Positions 50,255-59,100 of a stretch of 63,917 bases of DNA are shown one piece after another. Numbering within the stretch: the stretch's first letter is position 1; every line of letters starts with the position of its first letter. Source of the stretch: Hydrurus foetidus (taxonomy: Eukaryota); NCBI GenBank assembly GCA_900617105.1, contig UYFQ01000800.1:1-63917 (forward strand). Direction: 5' to 3'. Below the pieces are notes generated by a model. It saw only the letters and a list, made by a program, of their open reading frames with translations, made no database searches and was not told the DNA's origin. The translations under genes were made by a program, and so were the position numbers.

Positions 50255-52372
50255 CTACACCATACTCATCGCCCCCTCCAGAGCATCCCTAATATCTCCC
50301 CAGAATCGGATGAAATCTGATTCTGTATTGAACAGGATGGATGGATCACAGCTGGCAAGAAGACGCTTGACGTATTTGCAACCCTGAAGATCTACATCTC
50401 GGCTGCCTTCCAAACCGATACTCTTCATCACCTCGTTAACTGATTTACCAGATTCCCATAGACGAGAGAGTGCGTCGCATTTGCCATTATCACTCCCTGA
50501 TATATGCGTCGACTCCTTGACGACCAGCTCCTGGGTGATACAGAGCATGGTGAATACCATGGAGGCGTTCGAGACGTTGGAGCCCCTGTACCTCTCAGTA
50601 CTCACCCAGGTGAGGGCAGAGACGCTGTCTCCCCGCATCGCCACGTCTACCCCCCTAACTCCCAATTTTCCTAAACCGATCATCCCCAGCGTGGCACCGA
50701 TAAATTCGCAAAGGTTCTGATACGAGGAGTCATCCTCGAATCCTAAAGTACGGAGACTCACTGCACTGCCACCCAAACAGACCTCAGCGCCGTTGATTCT
50801 TCTGTACCACAAGATGCCGACCCCATTTAGGGAGGCATCAAATTCGACAATATACTCCGGCATCCCCGTTACAAAGGATTGCATTGGCCTGCTGTACCGC
50901 TCCTCGTCAAAGCGAACGAGTACCAACATGGTCCGCCATAACCGGATAGCCAGCTTCGCCTGGTCATTCACCGGAAATGTTGACATTCGAGCTGTTCTGC
51001 CGGCGGCCATCCTATGGAGGGCGCCGCTAAAGGGACGCATTGCCCGGCAAATTGAACCGTACCTACTACCCCACGATGCTAGTCGCTGAGCACCACGAAG
51101 GGAGATGGGTTCCTCTACATCGACTGACATGAAACCAAATAGGGTATTAAGAAAGTTTTTCCTTGAGATGGTGACTCTCATTAGATCCAGATCAACCGTG
51201 AAGCCGATGATGTCTAGTCGCCTACCCCACTCCGTTTTATCCTCGGCCACCGCCGACGACCCAAGTAGGTCCGTACACACCTTCTTGGCACGTACGATAT
51301 CCTCTGCAATGTCCTCTTCGAAGCATATACCGATGATATCATCAACGTACATCTCGACCGAGCTTTTCAGTATGTGGGACAGCTCCCATTTAATAGCTCG
51401 GGTGACCGTTTGAAACGCAGCAGGTGTGCATGCCCAGCCAAAGATGCCAGCTATCTGTAAGTACACTAAGTCACCCGTCACCTCCATGCCGAAAAGGCCT
51501 GCATCCTCAGGACGGAACGAGAGAAGGGTGTATGCCCCTCGTAGGTCCATTTTCCATAAGCGTAAGTGGCTCCACTGCACTGCTGAGTTTGACTCGAGAG
51601 CCTTCTCCCAAAAGGACATCATCATACGGACTATCTCTGCGATAGTAGGATGCTTGATTGCACCGTATAGTTCAGCAGCTATTGCTGTAGTCGCTTCAGT
51701 GTTCAAAGGGGTTCCAGTTACGTAAGTGAGGTCGCCAATCGGTCGCCCGCTAGGCTTTCCCTTCTTGGGTGTCCAATGTGCAGCTCCTAAGTGCAAATTC
51801 GGTATGCAGCGGATGGCGATATCCTTCGGAAGCAGAAACGCTAATTTCTGTTCCACTATCCCCCCTAACATCTTGTTCACCGCTGAGTCCACTTTCAGGT
51901 ACGTGCTCCTGAGGGGTGCTAATGGTAGGGCACCATTTGGTTCAAAACCGACTGGAATAGGTACGCGCATACCAACCGCTAAGTCGTAGAGGAGACCCCT
52001 TTCGGGGTTGTCTGACCTCAGACGGTCTACTCTTGCACTGCTTAGTCGGTCAGAGGACAATATTTTTAGCCGGCGACGCACCATCACGACGAAGTCGAGC
52101 TGAGCTGCTTGGAAGCACTTCATGTCACTCAACAACATGGCCTTGGGAAATGTGTACCCTCTGGCCCATGCGACAGCTGCATCGACCCCGTACTGCTCAT
52201 CCGATGCTGCAATTGCCTCCATAACGGTCGTTTGAAGAAACAGTCGAGGTAGTTGATTCGTGTCGGAGAAGTAGGAGTCCGCCATCCTGCTCATTTCATC
52301 TATGAGGCCTGGCGGAACAACCGGCTGCACTCCTTTGACCTTAGGGGTTAGGCCACTACTCTCTTTGGGGAG
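50255..52372 (-). CDS. reverse transcriptase + RNase H of YR retrotransposon
   Basis: KKGKPSGRPIGD, KMDLRGAY, FGW..TP, YVDD, IIG. RNase H: FDAS, NLCE, RGDS, HISGSDNGKCDALSR. Frame is open right up to the gag TGA. Confidence 0.93.
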   Translation of the reverse strand, partial: LPKESSGLTPKVKGVQPVVPPGLIDEMSRMADSYFSDTNQLPRLFLQTTVMEAIAASDEQYGVDAAVAWARGYTFPKAMLLSDMKCFQAAQLDFVVMVRRRLKILSSDRLSSARVDRLRSDNPERGLLYDLAVGMRVPIPVGFEPNGALPLAPLRSTYLKVDSAVNKMLGGIVEQKLAFLLPKDIAIRCIPNLHLGAAHWTPKKGKPSGRPIGDLTYVTGTPLNTEATTAIAAELYGAIKHPTIAEIVRMMMSFWEKALESNSAVQWSHLRLWKMDLRGAYTLLSFRPEDAGLFGMEVTGDLVYLQIAGIFGWACTPAAFQTVTRAIKWELSHILKSSVEMYVDDIIGICFEEDIAEDIVRAKKVCTDLLGSSAVAEDKTEWGRRLDIIGFTVDLDLMRVTISRKNFLNTLFGFMSVDVEEPISLRGAQRLASWGSRYGSICRAMRPFSGALHRMAAGRTARMSTFPVNDQAKLAIRLWRTMLVLVRFDEERYSRPMQSFVTGMPEYIVEFDASLNGVGILWYRRINGAEVCLGGSAVSLRTLGFEDDSSYQNLCEFIGATLGMIGLGKLGVRGVDVAMRGDSVSALTWVSTERYRGSNVSNASMVFTMLCITQELVVKESTHISGSDNGKCDALSRLWESGKSVNEVMKSIGLEGSRDVDLQGCKYVKRLLASCDPSILFNTESDFIRFWGDIRDALEGAMSMV

Positions 52373-54049
52373 TCATACGCGGGTCTTGCCGCTTTTGATC
52401 TTGCCCAGAGCATCCAACGAGGGCTGGCGGAATCTATGAGCAAGACCGGCTGCGGTATTAGTCTTCTTAGCCTCGGTCCAATTGGTGATGTCATCGTGGT
52501 GAAACCTGCAGGTGTCACCGTACTGACAGGTGAACGTACGTGAGGTCCTTGGATCCTGTGCCTTGACTTGTCCAGCAAAGTGCTCTCCGCACACAGCCTT
52601 CTTTGCATCCGCACTGACTGCTGCTTTCACTTTCAGCTCTGACTTGCTGCCCGGCAGTAATGTCTTAGCCGGATTTCCTAGTCGACTCCGGTAGTCGAGC
52701 AGCTGATACCTAGCCATAGCTTCATTCAGCTTCTCTTGAGTGTCGAGTGTGCTGACGAAGGTCTTGAGCACCAGACTCAGGTAGGTCGCGCATGCTGCTG
52801 GAGTGCTGATGTCTCTGAGGGTCATATTCACAGTGGTGGTGGCCATGCGCAGTGCTCTGAAGTACTTTGACAGTGCTAGCTCAAGCGAGTGTAGGAGGAA
52901 CCCAGACGGTGCAAGTTCCATTGGTCGGTGGAGACCTTCCAACTTATCGACAAAAGCATCGGTGGCCTTGTGGAATGCCGATCCGAAGAAGATCACGAAT
53001 ACAAGCTCCATGTTCTTTACAGCCACCACCAATGCTCTATTCTGGTGAGGACATGGTGTTAGCTCAATTGGAATCTTGACTGCTCTACCAGCAAACTTCT
53101 GTAAGTCCAGTGCATCCCCAGGGGGACCGCCAAAATCTCCTGTTAACAGTTTCTTCAACAGCGGAATGTCGACGGAGAAGTTGAGGTTGAAGACCCGATC
53201 GAGCAGACCGCAGCATTTGAACCCCGGATCGCGCTCGGTAATTCGAAGTGTCGACTGCTCGTTGATCACCCTGGCGTACTCCTCCGCTTGAAGCTCACAC
53301 TCTGTCCCCATTACGTAAGGCCACCTTTCACCGTCGCATACCCGAAATATCACACCCAACTCCTTTTCCCTCTCCGCTAAATCCTTCTTAACCCGTGTTG
53401 TATGCGCTCTTCCTTCCAAATCGATAAGCACACTGACATACTTCTTCTCACCTTGGCTGTGCACCCCCCAATCGTCCTGCATGCCGAGTCGGAGACGCTT
53501 GTCCAGGTGTGCCCCTTCTAAATTATCCTCCAAACGCCTCTTCTCAGATACCGTCCATGCTGCCACTTGATGCATCGCCACCCCTTCCAGTTCCTCCACT
53601 GCCTGAAGGAAATAAGTTGGTGTAGCTACGCTGACCCGAGTCCCCACAGGGAGTGTGTCGAGCGGCCGATGTCCTTTTCCCGTCAACCCCACGAGCATCG
53701 CAAACGTAGTCGTGCTCGACGGCTTGCCTCGTAACTGCCACATTTGTACCGTGGAGTCATCGAGGAAGCTCATGGACAGCTTCTCTCCCTCTGGTAATGG
53801 TATAGCGGGGAGAAGAAAGATTGACTTCTTCCCCATGTCCTGCCATGAGCGCATCGTTGCGTTAAAGCTCAAACGCAGCGACCCCTCACCACGATACTCA
53901 TCATGAATGAATCCGGCAATGGCGTTCATTGACACAATTGCTGCAGCAGGAAGAATACCGTATTCTGGTAGAGACAGGCCGACTGTGTTTGCAGTTGACG
54001 GGCTTAAAACGCTCTCGTCTTCAGGGATGTCAACAGAAGAACCGCTCAT
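52373..54049 (-). CDS. gag-like ORF1 with C-terminal CCCH-type zinc finger
   Basis: 558 aa, first ORF after repeat A1. C..CQYGDTCRFHH motif. Confidence 0.8.
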   Translation of the reverse strand: MSGSSVDIPEDESVLSPSTANTVGLSLPEYGILPAAAIVSMNAIAGFIHDEYRGEGSLRLSFNATMRSWQDMGKKSIFLLPAIPLPEGEKLSMSFLDDSTVQMWQLRGKPSSTTTFAMLVGLTGKGHRPLDTLPVGTRVSVATPTYFLQAVEELEGVAMHQVAAWTVSEKRRLEDNLEGAHLDKRLRLGMQDDWGVHSQGEKKYVSVLIDLEGRAHTTRVKKDLAEREKELGVIFRVCDGERWPYVMGTECELQAEEYARVINEQSTLRITERDPGFKCCGLLDRVFNLNFSVDIPLLKKLLTGDFGGPPGDALDLQKFAGRAVKIPIELTPCPHQNRALVVAVKNMELVFVIFFGSAFHKATDAFVDKLEGLHRPMELAPSGFLLHSLELALSKYFRALRMATTTVNMTLRDISTPAACATYLSLVLKTFVSTLDTQEKLNEAMARYQLLDYRSRLGNPAKTLLPGSKSELKVKAAVSADAKKAVCGEHFAGQVKAQDPRTSRTFTCQYGDTCRFHHDDITNWTEAKKTNTAAGLAHRFRQPSLDALGKIKSGKTRV

Positions 54050-54054
54050 TGCAA

Positions 54055-54445
54055 TAAAAAACTGTTTAACTTGAAGATTCTGCGAAAGAAGCTGCTAAAA
54101 CTGCGTAATATTCAATTTAAACCTACTATGCATGTGCACTGCAGTCTTGCAACCAGTGCTGCAAGAACTGAAAGATTTGCAAGAAATGAAGCATTGAAAC
54201 GTGGACAAAACCGTATAGTGTTAGGTGTGTGTACACTGAAAACTGAAAACGTGTTCTGTGTTGTATTCTACGTCTATTGCTGCGCTACACTTTGTCTTGT
54301 TACCGTTCTCCAAAAATTCCATAAGGAAGTCTAAGTCCAAGCAATTCGTACTTCGGACCTAAAGAGAACAACTTGCAACCGTTTTGAGCCGACTCCGATC
54401 CAGAGAACCCAATCCGCAAGTGCACAAGTTCCCGGCGTCATACAA
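54055..54445. repeat. split direct repeat A1 (element 5' end)
   Basis: Matches 47989-48379. Confidence 0.95.
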
Positions 54446-54626
54446 ATCTTGCACAGGCTGCGGGGCTCCTAAATTTCCAACAGTATACCGTACTGCGTAC
54501 CGTACCATTTCCGATGGCCGCAAGCCGCAAGAGAGAGAGGAGAGTTGCAATGAACAACGACCGCCTTCTAGATTCGAGGCTCCCCCAGCACGCATTACAT
54601 TTCATCCCGAAAGAAACGTATCAACC

Positions 54627-55301
54627 ATGTCCGGCTACGACTTTGACGAACTTGCTGTCGCTCTATCGTAAGTTTGTAGCGAAAACTTTCTCTCGACAGC
54701 TGCTTAGCGACCCCTACTAACTCAATATGTTACTTTCATATCAACCAGCTATGCCATCATGGCAGGACAGTCAACTGCCGCACCTGCAGCCGTCACACAG
54801 ACAGCCGCCGCTGTAGCTGTTGTCGCAGCTGTCCCAACTTCTGCCGCTGGCGCACCTGCGAAAGAGGCAGACTTCGACGACATGTTCGGTGATGGAGGTG
54901 ACGACGATGAAGAAACTCCTGAGGAAAGAGCGGCAACCAAAGCCAGACAGGCCCGCATGGCCCTTGCGAAGAAGCTGAAGGATGAGAAGGACGAGAAGGA
55001 CGGGAAATCAGCGAAGAAGGACAAGCCTGTCGAGAAGTCCTTAGTTGTTCTTGAGGTAAAGCCATGGGAGGCCGACACCAACCTCGAAGAAGTTTGGAAA
55101 ATGATTTGCGCTACTGAGCAGGAGGGTCTCGTATGGGGTCAAACTTTCAAACTAGAACCTGTCGCCTACGGAATCATGAAACTAGTGATGACTTGCTCCA
55201 TTGTTGACAGTCTTGTCCTAATGGACGATGTGACTGACAAAATTGAGGCCCTCGATGAATTTGTTCAATCAGTGCAAGTGGCATCCATGAACAAGATTTA
55301 A
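54627..55301 (+). CDS. EEF1B: translation elongation factor 1-beta/delta (eEF1B GEF domain), intron 54668-54748
   Basis: Acidic DFDDMFGD linker, KSLVVLEVKPWE, GLVWG..KLEPVAYGIMKL, VQSVQVASMNKI. GTAAGT..ACTAAC..CAG intron. Confidence 0.95.
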
Positions 55302-56183
55302 TTTTTCTCACTTACTTGGCTTACGATGACAGAACTTTTCAATTATTGTGTCACAAGTAAAGGTAACTCACCGTTCACTAGATTCCCAGCACCCCCAAAC
55401 CTCCTTCTTACTGATCCACTTAGCCAGACAGGCAATCATCTTCTGTAAACCGAGGAACGCACTGTCACATGTGTCGTCGTTGAGACGCATATCACGAATT
55501 ACAATGCCCATCGAGCATTCTAGATTCGGTCTCTTCACTGGGCAAGTCTCTAGAAGCCAGGCACAGAAGGGGCAACTTGAGAAGGCATCTCTACCTTAAC
55601 GATACCGCACCTCCAATCGGACAGCCCTATCACGACGCCAGGGACGATATATTATCTCGCAGCAAACATGAAAGCGCCGAGACCAGTATGTCGAACGCGA
55701 AGTACGGTGACAGGATTCCCCAGAAATGACTCACTTACACATAACACAGGGCAGTGATCAATCTGCCAAGTATGACGCATTTTTCTTGAATTTGAAAGCC
55801 AATTCTCGCATAGAATTCTTTGAGAAACAAATGATTATTTCATATTTAATTCATACGGAACTTATCCGGGACTGGGGTGGGGCTACGGACACACTGACAT
55901 TGCATATTTATTGATCACCGGCACAAAAATACAGTAAAATAAAGTAGGACGAACCCTAGGTGGAGTCGGCCAATAAAGACGGAGAGACATCATTCGACAT
56001 TCCCGACTGAAAAGTCGGCATTTCGTTTATTGTATGGTATACACGGTAGTGTAGTGTAGTACTAATAGGTGTCTTGAAATGGTGCCCTTGGTAATAGGCA
56101 TGGTGGAGGCCGCGGACATTTAATTGAATTCGACACGACATCGCACAAAGCATGGTATACCATACTACTTCACGATGCTGCAG

Positions 56184-59100
56184 CTACAGGGTCACTCCTA
56201 CAACCGACAGACCGTGAATATCCTCTATCGCTAATTTATCTTTAAACCGCTCCAACAATTTCGGCAAAACAGTTAGTTTCTCCTTCTGACTCTCTAGCAG
56301 GACTCGAATGACATCAGTCCAGGAACCACTTGCCCACAGATCTTCGCCACAGTGAATTGAAGCGTCAAATATGTTCGCTGCTTTCAGCAAGGTAATGATT
56401 CTCTCAGAGCTCTGCAGGCTGCTAGCTTTTGTCTGCAAAAGAGTCTCTTCCATTTTTGTCTCTAAACTGGAATATTTGCTTTTCGAGTCCATTGCCTCTG
56501 TTTCAACCTGATTTATTCGGATATTTAGTTCCGAAATTTCTTCTTTTAACTTTCTTTTTTCCGTTGAGAAATTTATTTTCGCTTCGGCAGCTGCTATTTG
56601 AGCTTTCGAGTTTTCCAATGTAAATATTCTTGATTTTTCGGCCTCGAATAATTCCGCGTTCTGCATCAGTTTAGATTCGCAGACGGCAAGACGAGCCTTT
56701 AATTCATCCATTTCAACGGATACATTTTCTTTCTCTTTTGTGACTTTTAGAAGCTCATCTTTTCTCATCACGTCATCAGAGAGAATCTTGTGTTGAAGGG
56801 CTTTTAGTTCGGCTTTCAGTTTGTTCTTTTCAGCCGTTGAGGTACTCATCATCTCTAGAGACGTTTCATCGTTCTTCGAGATTACATCCGCTGATTTCGC
56901 CAGCTGTTCCAATAGGATTTTCTTTTCTTCAGCAAGGACCAGCAGACGTGCTCTGGTTTTCTCCTCACTTGCCGCTATAGACACTTTGTTTTCTTCAATT
57001 ATGGAGAGCAAGGATTGATTCTTCTCTAGTAGTGAAGCATTTTCCCTCATCACTCGGAGAGTGTCCTTGGACGAATTCGTTTTTAGTGTGTCATTGACCA
57101 TGAGGGATTTCTCCAAATCTCTTCGAATACCTGCAAATTCAGTCAAGGCAAGATGAAATCAGACCGATTGATAGAGGCTGCAAACGAGTGCATTAGAAAA
57201 ACAGCGATGCCAATCATATTGTTTAGTAGATTTTAATTTGTCTTACTTGAATTTTCAGCATCCAATGCTGAAATTTCTTTTTTCGAAGCCGCTAGTTCCC
57301 TCGCTGTCTCCTCTACCTTGCGAGTCAGGGTGTCTCCGAGTACCTTCTTCTCGAGTTCGAGTATGTTGACTTCGTCTCGCACTATTGACACCTTGTCGTT
57401 CGTTTCCTTTTTGGAGTACAGGGCGTCTAGCTCGCTCTTCTTCTGGAGGGCGATGATCTCCTGCTTGAGCTGAGCGACATGCGCTGCCTGTGTCGACAGA
57501 GAGGCAACGTGTGCGACATTTTTGGCTTCCAAGTCTGCCTTTATTTTGTAAAGTTTTGACAATTCGCTGTGAACTTCGTCAGCAGCACTGGCATTCGCGG
57601 CTGATTGCTCTCGAGCCTTCGCTCTTTGTAAGTCAAGTTTCTCTTCAGCATCTTTCCGATCGGCTTTTCTCGATGCTACTTCAGCGAATAAACTGGCGCG
57701 ACTCTTCTCCAAGTCTTGCTTGAGCGATCCAATCTCACGCTCAAGATTTTCGCTCATCGTGGTGCGCGATGACTGCAGCGTGCCCACCTCGCATTCGAGT
57801 TTGCAGATCTCCGTGACAGATTTCCCTTGAGCGACCTTGAGCGCGGAGAGCTGGTCTTGGAGCCCCTTGATTTCGCTGCTCATATTGGCAGCAGCACCTT
57901 CGTAGCTGTCCACCGCTCTGTCGTGCTTCTCCTGTCGGCCCATCATTTTTTCTGTCAAGGAGAGGATGTCCAGTGTACTGCTCTTCTCGGCAACTGTCAT
58001 GGTCTCAATTCTACGCTCAGCTGCTACTGTTTTTAGCTCTGCCTGAGCTAGTGTGGCCAAGAGACGATCTTTTTCAATCTGTAATGTCACTATCTCAGCT
58101 GCCTGGGCTTCCTCTCTCTTCTTCGCCTTTACAATGTCGCCCTCAAGAGCTGCTATTTTGGTGTCGTACTTCAACTCGGATTCATTGGACTGCTGGATAA
58201 TAGCGACAATTTTATCATTATGCAAGAGGATCAACTGCCGCATCTCTTCATGCGTGGCTGCGTCCATGCTCTTCGCCTCGGACAGGAGAATTTCAAGGTG
58301 CTCAACTTGCTCATCCTTCCGGAGCAAGGCATTCTGAGAGCTTGAGGTCACTGCTATGATACTCTCCTCAAGCACCTTTATTTCTCGTACTTTAGAATCA
58401 ATTTCTCCGCGCTTTGCTTCATCACTAGCCTTGCTTGACAACAACTGAGCACGCAGACTATCTTCGAGTGATTTGATCTCCGATCTGGCAGTTTCTACGT
58501 CCTCTTGATATCGAGTTATTTGGGCAGACGTTTCCATCGTAGAGATGCGATTCTCTGACAACATTTTTTCTATCTCAAAGGAGTTCGACTTCATCGTGGA
58601 TTCTGTTTGTTCAGCGAGAGCCGCTACTTCTGCCTGACTCTTTTGAAGTGAAATAGACGAGAGAGTGATCTCCTCCATCTGTGAGTCACAGGTGGACTGC
58701 AAGGAGCAGATCTGGGAGCACAGATAGGTCTTTTCCTGCATTAATAAAACAAAAGACATCGAATGATTAGATTAATGAAAAACTTGTGATTACTTGCAGA
58801 AATCTGTCGTGCGAGTTGGTACTCACTACTCACCGTCTGAGCAGATGAGACGTCAGCCTCCAGTCGAGCCACCTCACCGGTCAGCTGCACCACCTGTCGA
58901 CTCGCCTCTTCGCTCTCTTTGCTGTGCGTGCCGCTCTCGGCCAAGACCTCAGACAGACGCACCTTTGTGTCTGCGAGCTCCTTCATGGTGTTGGCGATGG
59001 TCTTGCTCTTTTCTGCGTCTCGGAGGTCGTGCTCCTCCTTGGCGGTCTGTAGCTCGAGTTGCATCTTATCCGTCAGGTCAGACATGCTCGCTGCACCCTG

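Larger units (their letters stand above)
47482..54445 (-). mobile_element. Ngaro-like tyrosine-recombinase (DIRS order) retrotransposon with split direct repeats A1-gag-RT/RH-YR-B1-A2-B2
   Basis: A repeats 391 bp (54055-54445, 47989-48379) and B repeats 427 bp (48380-48806, 47482-47908). RT, RNase H and YR domains; no methyltransferase seen; no TSD. Confidence 0.93.
42970..54461. mobile_element. non-autonomous TIR element (~720 bp when empty) hosting two later insertions
   Basis: Left arm gcaggctgtgcaagatcaaggggcca (42970-42995) matches 24/26 the reverse complement of the sequence rebuilt by joining 47472-47481 to 54446-54461. Confidence 0.75.

Noticed and set aside
1..54049. TGA reassignment to a sense codon (in-frame TGAs at 1075, ~30145, 52373)
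   Set aside because: All are in transposons. HisRS appears to end normally at TGA, and conserved Trp positions use TGG.
47482..54445. Ordinary LTR retrotransposon or assembly duplication
   Set aside because: No integrase, protease, TG..CA ends or TSD. The repeat order and YR match the split-direct-repeat class, and the copies differ by substitutions.
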